From NCBI GenBank assembly GCA_032718475.1, contig JAUCBJ010008776.1, positions 88,536-152,535 on the forward strand: 64,000 bases of DNA, written 5' to 3'. Positions within the stretch are counted from its first letter, which is position 1. Each line of letters begins with the position of its first letter. The position numbers and the translations under genes are program-made. Source of the stretch: Nemertoderma westbladi (Eukaryota; Animalia; Xenacoelomorpha). Shown piece after piece: positions 50,932-64,000 of this stretch. The notes beneath the pieces are model-generated. The model was not told the DNA's origin. It saw only the letters and a list, made by a program, of their open reading frames with translations, and searched no databases.

Positions 50932-53900
50932 TATAGAAAGAGGAAAGGATATCTCTACACTGACATCGAGCATAACGTGTAGGCCCCGGTGTATTATGAA
51001 TTACATTTATTTGAGGAGTCTTTTGGGAAACATTGTATGGAGTTTTTCGCCATGAAATCCCCTTTTCAGCGTTTTTACCTTTATGTCTTGATTTATAAAA
51101 TAAAGTACTGCTACCCAATACGTTATCATCATTGGCAGTATCAACATCAGGATCAGACTCTGTATCTGACAAATTCACTTCTTGATCTTCATCAATTGCG
51201 ACAGGAGCATCAGATTCATCAGCTTCTTCTTCACTACTGCCAACTCCACCTCCTTCAGCATCACTGTCACTATCGTCAATTTCATTAGTCATTGAAAATG
51301 TGGAAAAACTGAATGGAATTCGTTGCACACGGGTCCGTACTGGGTATTCTCTTCTACCGGTAACCATTTCCACATTTTCGGTAGCTGAAGTTGAACTGGT
51401 TCCTGCTGCAGCACTATCATTCTCCATATTGCAGTAATGATAAATAATGGTCAAAGAATGTGAAAAACTGAAATATTATATTGAAAAGTGTATGTACAGT
51501 ACATGTACAGCATAGGCCTAATCTCGAGAATTCAATACACAATTATTATACAATAACATAGAATACATAGAATACATTATTATTTCCCTTGTACTCTGGT
51601 ACTACCGGTACTGCGGTAGCTGACTAGCTTGCTACTACTGTACTAGCAGAAGCAGACTACAGGACAACTGGCTAACTGGACTAGGTCAGTACTGCAGTAG
51701 GTCTATACACAATACCTGAATACAGCAATACACACACACACTGCAGCACTGACACAGGTCACAGATACAGACAGCAGGACAGACAGCTTTAGCTGTAGGC
51801 CTATTGTATTTATTTGTATTATTATAATTATAGCATATAGGGTAGCCTAGGTCAGTAGGTATTTCTTATTGGCAGAATGGTGAAGGAAGGGCCTGACACC
51901 TGACAGTCGCCTCTCCAGCTCTCAATACACAAGACTGCAGTACTGCAGCAGTACTGCAGTAGGCCTACTGCATGAATATTGAATACAGGAATAGTGAATA
52001 ATGAATAGCTGTCCCCTCACAGAGTCTGGTGTTTTCAGTTATCGGTATACAATCCACAATCTGACAGTTCTGCAGTTTTTATAGGTCACTAGGACGGGTA
52101 AATCTTTTCGACCTACGCGTAGGTCGATAAATAATAATTTAGGTAATAATGTATTAATTCAATAACAAGGGAAATAATGATTTAAAATTGCCACCACGTG
52201 AAGATCAATATATTTACCCAATAGTATGCAGGGCAAGTGTTTTAGGCATTACAGTTATTGAATTTATGTATTGGGGTCGCATGTGACCCCAGGAACCTAA
52301 GAGGTTGTTAAGGGATGTTTCCCACCTAGATGGTGGGGGGTAAAAAATTTATACGTTTTTTTGTTCACCATAACCAGGGTTATGCACTTCATGAAAACCA
52401 ACCCAATTTACCTGCACACAAGAAAGCTGTGCTGCTGCAAAGTCGGGTTGGGGTCACACATGACCCCAGGGACACAGAAGGGTTAAGAGGCAATAGCTCC
52501 ACTGGTTGTAGTTCTACTGTAGACGGTGCAACTGATGATATTTCTATTGCTAATGAGTTCGCTTCTATATATAAGGATTTATTTAATAGAGGGTACGACT
52601 CTGATTTATCATTTATTGAAAGTAGTATTAATGAACAAATTTATAGTTTAAATTCATCGGTTTGTGATTTAATTACACCGGAATTAGTTACTTGTGCACT
52701 AAATAAGTTGAAATCTGCTAAGTCAGATGTCGATAATATTTTTAATTCAGACTGTTTAAAGAACGCTAACGTTGATTTAGCAGAACATCTTTCTAACCTA
52801 TTCAATGCATTATTGTAGTACACGGATATGTACCATTATTTTTATTGCGTTTTGCTCTTGTACCAATAATTAAAGATAAACTTGGGAGTATGACATCTTC
52901 TACTAATTATAGGGCTATTGCGATTTCATCATTAATTATTAAAGTTTTTGAATGGGTTATACTAATTTCTCAGGAAGATAACTTTAAATTAGATGAACTA
53001 CAGTTTGGTTTCCAGCGCAACTCTAGTACCACTATGTGTAGCTGGGCGGCTAAGGAAACAATTTCTTTTTATAAGAGGTTTTCAACACCCGTGTTTGGGT
53101 GTTTTCTAGACTTAACTAAGGCCTTCGATATGATCGAATGGAAGTCTTTATTTTTGGAGTTATTAAAGAAGGGGTTTTCACCGTTATTTCTTAGGGTTCT
53201 TATTTGGATGTATAAAGGTCAATCATGCTGTGTAAGATGGGGATCAGCTTTTTCAAATTCTTTTAGTATTTCTAATGGTGTTAAGCAGGGTGCGATCTCA
53301 TCGCCTATTCTATTTTGTCTGGTAATTAACAAATTAATAATCCGTTTACGGGAAAGTAATTTGGGATGCCATATAGGTCTACGGTTTTTAGGTTGCTTTG
53401 TTTACGCCGATGATATTTTTTTTATGCCCATCCATTTTAGGATTACAGCGCATGCTTTCTATTTGTGTTCAATTTGCATCAGAATTTAATATGAGTTTTA
53501 GTACTAATGTAGATCCAGGTAAAAGTAAATCTAAATGTGTTCCATTTGGTTTTAAGTTTAACCCCCCTTCCGTTATGATTTCATTAAACGGAGTTGTTTT
53601 GCCGTGGGTGAAAGAGGCAATGCATCTCGGTAACTCATTTGATTTTTCGTGTTTATTTAAGACTGATATTAATTGTAAACGTGCTAAATTTATAGGTAAA
53701 TTAAGTTCACTACGTCAGGAATTTCATTTCTCCCATCCCAATAGTATTTTACAAATTCAGCGAATTTACGCAACTAGTTTCTACGGTAGTAATCTCTGGA
53801 ACCTTTTTGGAGATATTTGTACTAAATTAATCACAAGTTGGAATATTAACGTTCGTTTAGTATGTGCTTTACCGTGCAACACACATAGATATTTCATCAA

Positions 53901-56389
53901 AGGTTTATTAGATTTTCCTTATCCACATTCAATGTTATGCTCACGTTTTATTAAATTTGCCAGTACAGTTTTGTATTCAGACAAACCCACTATAAGATTT
54001 CTAGCCAATATTACCTTGTTTGATTGTAGATCCACTCGCGGATATAATATTAAGAATATTTCGAATAAATGTAAAGTACCTATCTCTAAGATTTTTCCTA
54101 AATTATGTAACGATATTCGATGGTTTGTAAAGGATTACCATTTTTCGTATATTAATATGTGTAGAGAATTAATTGACTGTAAACATTCGATCCTTCAGGT
54201 ACCTGGTTTTAATGTAAATGAGCTAACTGAAATATTGAATCATATTTGTTCTAGTTAGTGTGTTGTCTAATAATATATATATATTTTTTTTTTTCTTTTC
54301 AATTATTTATTCATGTTGTTTATTATTACTTGTGTTTATTACATCCACGTGCGTACGTTTTTTCATTATTAATCGCTGTATTGTGCTTTATTATTACCTC
54401 TAAATTTGTTACTTATGCTGTGCTAATGTGTTATTTACATCTATTATGCACGAAATTATCATTAAATTAAATTAAATGTACTTTTTATTGAGTATACTTA
54501 ATTTGTTTAACTTTACTGGAGACAGTATGTAATAAAAAAACAAGGTGTAGTACTACAGTATAATCGTCCGAGGACGCACCAACTAATATGTATTAAAATT
54601 AATTAATGATTTCAAGAAAAATACTCAGTCGACTGTCTCACATTTTGTCGACGAATTAAATGAAAATAAACTTTTAGTTAATCTAAATTAGGGAATTAAT
54701 TAAATTAGTGTATGTTAATGGAGCGGGCCGTTGTCAATGACTTTGGTTGAATGGGGTATAAGTAAGAAGAAAAACGGATTGCCTTATACTAACTTCCAAA
54801 TTGAGTGCGGGGTGCGGGCACTAATGACTCACGGGCACTAACGTCGCACTGGCAGACAAGGTCCTCGGGCACTAATGACTCGCGGGCACTAACGTCTCAC
54901 TTGCTGACATGGTTTCCGGGCACTAATGACTCGCGGGCACTAAAATCCTGAGACATTAGTGCCCACGGGCACCAACGTCCCCCAATCCCAAATAGCGGGG
55001 TATGAGTCAAATAACCAAGTTACCATAAACAAATCTAAAACAACTAGATTGTCCAAAGTAAAACCAAAACCTACAAAAAATTGTTTTTAAACGATAATAA
55101 TTTTCAACTAAAATACTTTCCTCATTTCAAATCACCATCACCAAAAAAATCAACCGGATCAGTAAGCAACTGTTTTAGGATGAGATCCTTGCCCCTTCTC
55201 AATCCTCAACATTCTATAATATCCATTCTATTGGTATTCAGGATGCTCAGAATATTAGTGAATCTCATTAACTGACGAAGTAAACTACGGTATGAGCTAG
55301 TAGTTAGTAGCTAGTAGAGTATGGACTAACCAATATCTTGCATGGAGTCGCATCCAAGTCGCAAAATCTCTCATGGAGATAAATAACCATCTAAAGATTG
55401 ATAAATCCCTAATTTGGATAAGTCGATAGTCACAAAGTACTGTACGTGCATTGCAGAAGTATATAATTCTATATATGATTCTGGCAGTCAGCACACATAA
55501 CCGAACTAACCAAGTAACGACTGTTCAACAGTGAAAAAGAAAACTGAAAGTAAATTAGTAAGTCTGTCTGTATATACTACACAACACAGTAGATATGTGG
55601 GTCCTACTAAACTCTCAAAAGAACCCAAAAAACCAAAAGAACCCAAAAGAATTCAATAGAGTCAAAAGAACCCAAAAGAACAAAAAAAAACACTGAAAAT
55701 AACCCAACAGAACAGAACCCAAGAAACTAAATTTGTTATAAACATTAGATGTTACCTCCAAATCTGCTACAGATGTCCTTTAGTGCAGATTTTCTGCCAC
55801 TTGTGCTTGAATCTATTCTTCGAATTAACTAACCTGACTCTTAACCCGACCTAATAGAATACTGACATTCTTCTGTAAGGTACTTGTTAAGTCACGCAGA
55901 AAAACTCAAACACACAGTAGTGGAAGGCTACCAATAACTACAGTACGTAATGCAGGCAGACTACTGTATTAACGTATCAGCTTTACAAACATGCAGCGTT
56001 GCATGGCCTTTTCTACGTATACAGTAGGATTATTACTGTAAAGCCTAGGGGCCGCTGCCTGAAAATATATCCAATGAGTGTATGAATGATCGGGAAGTAT
56101 TATTCCTTAACAAGGTATTCAGACATTTCGCCATCTGGCTGGAGACTGTTGTAAATATGGTGTCTAAAGTCTCTAGAAATTCTAAACCTTTGCTCTTATT
56201 GATTGATGCCTGCAGATTTTCAATTCGACATTTTTAAATCCGACAAATTTTGATCCGCAGTCGACCCACTAACAATTAACTCAAATTAAACAGTAGGCTC
56301 TACGCTACCTTATACTAAATCAGTCGCAGTCTCGAGAAATGCGAGATTTTGGTTTGGATACATATTGGTAATATAGCAGGCCTACTGTC

Positions 56390-56700
56390 ACAGAGGATAG
56401 CTTTTCCAACCAAAAACAATAAACACAACATGCATTAGTTGAAAATTTGGAAGGGAGCAGGTTGCAGAGGCGGGCTTTTCTAACTAAAACAATAAACGTT
56501 TTCTTTAGCAATACCGGGAAAGGAGCAGGTTACAGAGGCGGGCTTTTTTAACCAAAATAATAAACGTTTTCTTTAGCATTACAGGGAAAAGAGCAGGTTT
56601 ACAGAGGCGGGCTTTTCTAACCAAAACAATAAACTATTCCGGTAAAATACAGCGAAAGGAGCAAGTATCATATGCTATAGGAGTTTTTCTAACCTAAACA
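56390..56700 (+). repeat. Tandem array of ~70-bp unit, same family as 19000-19190
   Basis: About 4 units of gagcaggttacagaggcgggcttttctaaccaaaacaataaac. Confidence 0.8.
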
Positions 56701-58139
56701 AAAAAATTCAGTATCTTATTACCAATTGAGAGAAGAGGGTACTTTACAGAGTTATTATAAATAGACTACAGTACTAAAATTCTGAAATAATTAGTAAATT
56801 AATTTTTTAGTAAATATAAATAATAGTGATAGTAAATTTCACAGTATCAGTAGGCCTACGTATTGCAATTCTGCAATATTATTATTTCTGTAGGGTTTAG
56901 GCATTACCTTTACACTTTACACTCTTTCCTTATACTAATATAGGTACAGTAATGATGGCCTAAGAGAACAGCAGTAGTACCGGAGAACTTAAATCTGAAA
57001 AATAAAACTAAAAAACGGACAAATATGTCCAAAGAAACGGACATAATAAGTGATTTAAAAGGAAAAGAAAATGTATTCTGTAAAAAAATCGACTAGGCCC
57101 CTATAAACCTACCAAACCTAATAAAATATGGCCTTTCCAATACACCCACCCACCCATCCACCCACCCCCCACTGGTGCCGATGCCATAAGGGTTGTGGAG
57201 ATAAATTATCTACATCACTTGCGCTGTGCGGGAATTCGGGAGGGGGGGGGGGGGGGGGGGGGTGGAGATGTCGTTAAGCGACACGATGAAGTCCGCGAGT
57301 TATTAGTGGACCTACTCGAATTCATGGTGGGACCCTATCAGGTCAAATGGAAATAAGTGACCTTGATCCGGGGCTGTTTATTAGACAGTGCAAGATTCGA
57401 AGTCATTAGCGTTCATCAATGCTCATTAACTGCAATTAGAAATTACCTTACAAACTTTAAATATTGTGCTTACACAAATTACGGCAGAAGAATGCTTGGC
57501 TACTACTGCAGTGATAACAGATCACAAATGTGATGACTTTGCAATTTCAAATATTGCAATTATTTCAATTAATTATCCTGAATGTAGTGTCTTTGTTATA
57601 TATATGGGTGCCCATGACATAATATTGCTACCCATATTTTTGAAAAGCTAAATGCGTCTTTAATGGTGGAGGGGGGGGGGGGGGGTTTGCCCACTCCCCC
57701 CCCCCCCCCCCCCCCTCGCTAAAAATGTCATAAATTTGTTTTTAATCGCATCTAGAGCAGATTTAATATGAATTTCAAATCAGAAAACGACTTAGAGAGA
57801 TATCTTTTAGTTCTCGAGTTATCATCATGGAATATCTGTCTGCCAATCTGTTAGACAAAATGTAAGACAGACATACAAACTACTGTAAGACAGACTACAT
57901 TCCACCAAATATTAAAACTGACATCGGAAATTTATTATTCTGAAACACGCTATTGTAACAGCAATAAAAGCACGGAAAGAAAACATTTATAGAAATTATT
58001 TAAAATAAATATTTTTATTATACTAATGAAATAGTTTTAAATTGAAACCACTTAAAATATATTAAGTTAGTACTGTAATACCGGATATAACCTGTGTTCA
58101 CAAAGAAATCTCCAGGATATTACGCTCTTGCCCACTTAT

Positions 58140-58690
58140 TAAGAGGGTGTGGGTTTGATGAGCAATCTAGCAGGTGGTATAAGGAGGTGTGGTGGCCCCC
58201 ACAAAGAGTACATACGCAAGAGTGGTCTGGATGGTGAAAGATTTTTGTAATGCAATTCTTGTGGTGAAAGCCATGGATGCTGGACCTTGTAGTTTACATG
58301 TCACATGACTGATTAGCACCAGTCCACTTTCTGCACTGAAACTCTGGACTACTCCAGAATTCCCCATCGATATCGTCGTTTTTCTATTGACATTCAAACC
58401 TGTAAAGCTCTAGTGCGTCGGTTTTACCTAGACATAAATAATCCACGATGTCTTCCATGTGGGACTTTTCTTGACACAACGCGATAATAAGTATATTCTG
58501 AGAGCTCTTGTGGAGTCCGAGTGATCGCTTCAAAAATGAAGCTTTGACTTTGTCTAAGGCATGAAGATTTACTTTTGATAGATGCGTCCAAATTAACCAT
58601 ATATTATAAGTGATGATTGGGCGGATTTTTATATTTAAGATTTTAGTGGCTGTCATAAGAGACAGCTGCTTGGGTTCGCGATTCTGTGTA
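58140..58690 (-). mobile_element. Decayed LINE ORF2 C-terminal fragment
   Basis: KIRPIITY..W...LDKVKASFLKRSLGL resembles the post-RT region of LINEs; compare 39762-40346. Confidence 0.5.
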
Positions 58691-58699
58691 TTGACATTA

Positions 58700-59647
58700 G
58701 TGCTTTACACGAAATGTTATTAACATGCTTGGTGAAGCTTAACAAGGATACGAAGGACATCAATAATTACTGTATTGATAAGTATCCTGGAGTACTAAAA
58801 GAGTATCTATCTGCTGACAACATTCTTGAGGATAATCGTAAGGACTCCCTACCAACAGAGTTTCTCAACTCTCTAATTCCCTCTGGCATGCCAGATCACC
58901 GATTGCTCCTTAAAGTAGGTTGGTTGCCTGGTTATGTTGCTGCGTAACCCTCAAGCGGGGCCCAACTGCAGCCTGAGGAACGGAACTCGAATGATTTTGG
59001 TTCAGCTGATGGGAAGAGTTATTGAATGTGAGATCGCAGTTGGGACCAATAAGGGACAACGGGTAGTTATTACAAGGATTCCCCATCATGACTTCCCTTT
59101 CACTATGGTCAGGAGACAATTCCCACTACGGTAAGACATATAGATAGATAGATTTTCTTACAAAATTCAAAATTTTGGTATAAAAATAGAAACTGATTCG
59201 CATGATGTTAATAATATTTTTTATGTAATTTGTATAATTTATAATTTGTACATTTTTCCAGACTAGCTTTTGGTGTCACCATAAATAAAGGACAGGGACA
59301 GGAGAATGAACGAGTTGGTGTATATCTTCCCAAGTCTGTTTTTTCTCATGGACAACTATACAGTATACACAGCACTTTCCAGGGGCAAGAGGAAGAAGGA
59401 CGTTAAAGTTACTATACTAGATAATGATGAAGGTTTCGCCGACAACATTGTTTTCAAAGAGTTAATCTAAATGTCTTAAGGTGCAATGCTATATTTATAT
59501 TTAATATATGTTCAATAGATTACAGTGTTGCTGTGTGAAGCTCCATCCAGTGTTCCGAATAATGTTAAGTTTTTATTTTTTTTACACCTAAACATATTAG
59601 TTGACTTAAAGTAGTTGGTTGCGCGCCGAAGGCGCGCTTCCAACCAG
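58700..59647 (+). mobile_element. Helitron 3' portion: PIF1-type helicase C-terminus with intron, plus terminal hairpin
   Basis: PTEFLNSL.PSGMP.H.L.LKVG, MLLRN, NGTR, RRQFPLR | intron 59131-59261 | [18 protein letters not shown]...FSHGQLY.ALSR. Hairpin gcgcgccgaaggcgcgc at 59621-59637, followed by CCAG|T. Frameshifted. Confidence 0.9.
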
Positions 59648-61030
59648 TTAATTATTATTACTATTTATGTATTTTTCATACTCACCTTGTTTATAGAATA
59701 TGTAAATGACCTGAAAGGTTAATGATATGAAGTCCTACGAATTTGGAGAAACCCGTATAAGGGTCATCCATCAGATGGGAAAACATCAACACTGGAATAA
59801 CTGCCATGCCAAATGATTCAGTAGTGTAAAAGTGCTTCCCCGGTATATAGAGTTGTCCATTAGCATTACATTTCATTGCGGTTCAAGAGGTTACAAAAGG
59901 GTTAATTTGTTTCTGGGAACAGCATGTGGGGGTGTGTGTAGCAATATGTGCGCCCTGCGTTTTAAACCCTGGGGACGCAATTTAAACGAGTGAGGAAACG
60001 AGAAGAGACTTAACTTAATTTTAACTTTGATTGTAATTTGTTCAACATTCATGAGGCCTACCGCGCGTAAATTTCAAAGTAATTTCCATGACATTAATTT
60101 TTTTATACTAGCTAGTCTTTGCTAATTTTTTCTTAAATGTTATAGCACCAAGGCCATCGTAATACAAGGCCTGATCACTACATTCTAGAATGCATCGATC
60201 ATCTGATATAAGAAGTCATACTTTTTGGCATTTTAGTATTAGTCTGGTTCCTTTTTGCCGAAATAATGATGGCGAAGGCAAATTTGTGTAACGGCCGGCA
60301 TCCAACGATTTTTAGCTAAATCGAGTCTGCTGATTCCGAATCCGTCGGATGCCGAGCTCAATTGTGAATTGTTGGGTCCCGTTACACCATGGTAACAGGA
60401 GGTCATTTGCATCATTTGCAAAACACCACTTTCTATTGACCCTACAGAAATCTAACCTTGACCTACCCCCCCCCCCCCACATTTTAGTTAGTACATTTTA
60501 GTTACACGTTACCATGGCAACTGTTCGAAACGAAATACGGTTTCAAATGTCATTTTTACTGCAAATTTAGGTGAATTTTTGCAAATATCTATAGTTTTCT
60601 AAACCATTGCCAAATACGTGTTCCCCTTTGGCTAAAATCATGAAACATTCCAAATATATTGTCAATATGACCCTCTATATTTTTAATGGTGCGCCATAAA
60701 AAGCAGTTACCATGTATCCATGGAAACTAGCAAAAAATAACCTTGTGCAATGTTTCATCACTTTACATATAGTTACTATCTAGATATTATGCTGGGAAAT
60801 TAAAAGTACCCGTTCAAAAATCTTTAAAACAAGAGATGCTATAATAGTAATTGCTCTATAATTATTGGTACTGGAGATATTACCTACTGTAAAAAAAGCA
60901 AATATATTTTTTTATAAATATATTTTTAACCAACGGCACCATCGCAATAGATAATAAGCATTTAGACACTATACCATGTACTAAAAAAGTATTAAAAAGT
61001 ATAGATAAATGTGTTTCAAAATTAGTTCCA

Positions 61031-61189
61031 TCATTTGATTAAAGCACCGGAATCAAAACCGTAGCATACATCAGATTTACCTACTTTAAGATGTTGTAAA
61101 GCATCATGAATATGTTGAACTGTGATAAAATTACTAAAATCAAAAGCATCATTTAATAACTTATTATTTATTTCGGTTTTTATATCACC
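61031..61189 (-). mobile_element. Fragment of LINE ORF2 related to the 41-54 kb LINE
   Basis: ITVQHIHDALQHLKVGKSD..GFDS aligns with ITPELVTCALNKLKSAKSD..IFNS at ~52670-52750. Confidence 0.65.
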
Positions 61190-62207
61190 TACTACTACTA
61201 GGATCGGCATGCTGCATTGCAGCTGCATTTTTAAGAATGCTGTGCCGGCTTATCGACAAAATTGCACCGCCACAACTCCCTATCACCCATGACATTTGCT
61301 AGATCATCCGCATTTTCAAGGCCAGTGTCCTTTAAGATGCGTCTCAAGAAATTCATGGGCTATCCACCATGCTTATTCACTCCATGAGGCTGCCAAAGTA
61401 CAAGATTATGCACTGGCTGGTCCTCACGGCGAAAGCAACGTCCTACAAAGCGGAGGCGATTTTGTTCTAGTGTCAAGCTTGGGGGAACCAATGAGACACC
61501 TCCAATGTTATATAGTGTCTGGTTGGAGATGTGTGCATTGTACTTGACACAATGAACCCGGCGTAGCATTCTTGTGAATGTGCCATCCAGAGATTTGGTG
61601 TCCTCAGCAGTTAGAGCCCAGCATGGACTCCCATAGAGGAGTACTGGAACTACTGCTGCTCTAAATAATCGGACCTTAAGTTTCCGATTAATTCTCAGTG
61701 ACTTCCAAATCCTGGAAAGCCTATTCAAGGCTGCCCATGCCTTTCCCTTACGTATTCGAAGGTCCTCATCTGACTTCCGGATCCATGATCCCAGGTAACA
61801 GAAGTCATCCACATGCTCAAGCATACCATCTTTTGAGCTTATGCTCATCCGATCAGAGACTTGCTGAGGACTTTCAAAGTTAACTGTCAAAATGTTGGTC
61901 TTTCTGGAGTTAATAAAAAGACCAACACTAGAAGCAGCATGTTCTAATGAGCTGAGGAGCCGTTGGGCTCCCTCTAGTGATTCTGAGAGTACTCCTAAGT
62001 CATCAGCAAAGTCTAGATCAGTTAGGTACTTGGCAGGATTTCCTCGACTTCTGGAGCCAGTAGGTGGAGTTATCATCACCCCATCATCATTATGATGATC
62101 TAAGGACATGCGTAGAACATAGTCAACAACAATTATGAACAAGAATGGTGCAAGTGTGTCTCCCTGGAGGACGCCCCATAGCACTTCAAATGGTTCTGTG
62201 TCACCGT
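61190..62207 (-). mobile_element. 5'-truncated RTE-like LINE (RT C-terminal half to 3' tail)
   Basis: GVLQGDTLAPFLF, LDFADDL, FCYLGS, LLYGSPCW. (TAG)n tail at 61190-61201. Confidence 0.92.
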
Positions 62208-62877
62208 CAAACTCATCTTATATTCTCTGCGTCTTGCGTAGTATTTTGATTATACAGTGTTTTATATATATTGGCGAATTTCTAAGATATAACGTGAGGG
62301 TCTGTTTCACCTTCTATCGAGTCACTCAAAATATTACTATTACCACGTAATTTACGAATTTAGTCAAAAATAGCAGTGTTTGGCCAGTATTGGTTGACAG
62401 AATAAGATACGCAATGCGTATCCCAGTGCGCCTCATAATAGCCTCTCGTCAGCAAGTCAATCCCACCGACCAGCGGCACTGGCTGTTTCAGCTGACGGGG
62501 CTCTGTCGAAAAACGCGTCCCTGATGCAGTAAGGGCCCTCTTTTGAGGAGCAATATTATTATCCTATTATCCTGATCCTATACTACAGTGTTATCCTGAA
62601 TGGAATCACTAAAAATAAAATGGTCTACAACTGATTTACTAATTACATCAACGTCATTGCAAATCATATACGTATAGTCTACTGGTACTGCATCCCAAAG
62701 TACATTTACGGAGAGATCAGTAATCAAATCCTTAATCATACGTACATGTAATTATTGTCTTGAAAAATCACAATTCAGATCACCGCATATGATGATATTA
62801 CGACTATTAGATTTATTAACTATGTCTTTTATACAATGCAATACATCAAGATATTCATCAGAGACAGAGGTAGCTGA

Positions 62878-64000
62878 TTAAGAATCCACTGGAAAGTATG
62901 AATTTATAATTATTATTGTTTCATTTGGCAAAGACAATTTAACAGCTTGAACTCTCTTGCTTCCTGTCTCTATGAATGATATATATTTAGAAACATCATG
63001 ATTATATAGAATGCACAGACCACCACTAGGCCTACCCCGATGTACAATATTTTCATTGTTAAATTCTGCAGGCACAAAATTGTATTTACATCCTGGAAAT
63101 GCTTTACCAATTTTATATGCGTTGTTTTTTAACAAAATATGTTCCTGCAAACAAACAATATTAGCCCCCAAAAGCAGAGTTTTAATGTATTCAACCTTCT
63201 CTAACCCACACACTGTTGGGTTATAAGAGAACACGGATAAATTGGAGTCAGTACTCTGTAATTTACTAGATAAGTTAGATGATGCCATTGTGTACTGTAA
63301 TGTAACATAACGTAATAACAAAACTAATTAATTATTAATTGTTCCCCAACAAAAGGCAACGACAACGTATATACAGCCTAATCAATCTGACTCGCTTGTG
63401 AACTCGTTACCGGTACCTGGTACACATTGGGAGTGGTAGAAGCATTACTCACCAACGATCTATCACTAACCATGCCACCTCCAGATAGAGTGAAGCCGCT
63501 GTTCGAGTATCGAGAGTTGTGTATGTTGTAGTCCTCTCGCTGCCACGATGGTCTCCAACTGCGAACATAGACCTATTGGGGTCATATCTGGGGATCGAGA
63601 ACTTTTGATGCAGAGGTACCAGGAACAGAAACTAGAAAACTCTTCATTTTGGCGTCGTCATGTGACTTCTTCACAATATCTTTAAGTTCAACCGTAATGT
63701 TGCTAAACGCGAGACACTCAGCGACATCAGCCGCTGTTGCTTCGGCTCTCAAATGATAAACAAATACGTCACCAGATGCAGCTTGAAGTTTGCAGCTCAG
63801 ACCGGTAGAACCCGTTCCAACCACATTATTCTGGTGATGATTCTTATGCCAAATGGTAGCGAAACCATCCTTGTCGATCCTTATATTATTCCGATCTCTT
63901 TTCGAAGCGACCAAACTTTCTACTCCACATTGACGGATGGGATAAGCTTAAACCGTTCGGTTTAGCTGTTCATGGTGGAATTTTTTCAGGAACATTATGT
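62878..64000 (-). mobile_element. LINE ORF1 C-terminus and ORF2 APE N-terminus (relative of the 41-54 kb LINE), truncated at ~62880 and running off the window
   Basis: DVFVYHL...MKSFLVSV. ORF2 MASSNL...CLQEH...RGRPSGGLCI...INSYFPVDS parallels RGRASAGLCV...INTYFPVDS at 43180-43340. Confidence 0.85.

Larger units (their letters stand above)
44225..52482 (-). mobile_element. piggyBac transposon, 3' end missing, interrupted by a Sola2-type element
   Basis: 5' end TTAA|CCCTTCTGTGTCCC at 52486-52469, with palindromic ggggtc....tgacccc motifs at ~52273 and ~52450. The transposase reads 51427-50936 plus 45270-44225 with VDEQL, VDNFF and GGVD. It stops abruptly at YRDIFP, with no Cys-rich domain and no right TIR. 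Confidence 0.92.
40960..54476 (+). mobile_element. Near full-length two-ORF APE/RT LINE (40960-~44224 and 52483-54476), split by piggyBac
   Basis: ORF1 41512-42869 has one frameshift. ORF2 starts at 42924 with APE motifs (SFNSRG, TGDFNA, LDHF, SDHSPI) and PGWNEYV..FWH..W. It resumes at 52483 with NYRAIA, QFGFQ, FLDLTKAFD, NGVKQG and YADD, and stops at 54257. (ATTAA)n tail. The 5' boundary is approximate. Confidence 0.9.
40697..54988. mobile_element. Outer non-autonomous TIR element (~0.8 kb native) split by nested insertions
   Basis: 17-bp gacattagtgcccgcga repeats at 40705-40921 and their inverse (cgcgggcactaa) at 54812-54945. Ends ggtcttgggacgttagtgccc / gggcaccaacgtcccccaatcc. Flanking direct repeat caaatag at 40690-40696 and 54989-54995. 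Confidence 0.75.

Noticed and set aside
59683-59876. Possible minus-strand host exon (61-aa ORF followed by a GTGAGT donor-like site)
   Set aside because: No recognisable protein motif, the ORF stops before the donor, and no partner exons were identified.

Overview
AT-rich, repeat-dense eukaryotic (most likely invertebrate animal) DNA, made almost entirely of transposable elements and satellites. I see no operons, rRNA, CRISPR arrays or clearly functional tRNA genes. The clearest structure is a four-level nested insertion at 40.7-55.0 kb: a small non-autonomous TIR element holds a two-ORF LINE, which holds a one-ended piggyBac, which holds an apparently intact Sola2-type DNA transposon. That innermost element has ~800-bp nearly identical TIRs, a TATA target duplication and a spliced ~875-aa DDE transposase with a Tudor-like C-terminal exon. 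Also present: a full-length piggyBac with one frameshift, a decayed BEL/Pao LTR element carrying a duplicated tRNA-derived SINE, several RTE-like LINE copies, other LINE fragments, a CRE-like endonuclease relic, a Helitron 3' end, MITEs and two kb-scale satellites (28-bp and 15/16-bp units). The only host-gene candidate is a small Cys-rich, probably GPI-anchored Ly6/uPAR-like gene at 5378-5916 (minus strand), which needs a 53-nt intron to gain its signal peptide. I found no convincing wholly new biological system. Family assignments come from recalled motifs, not database searches.
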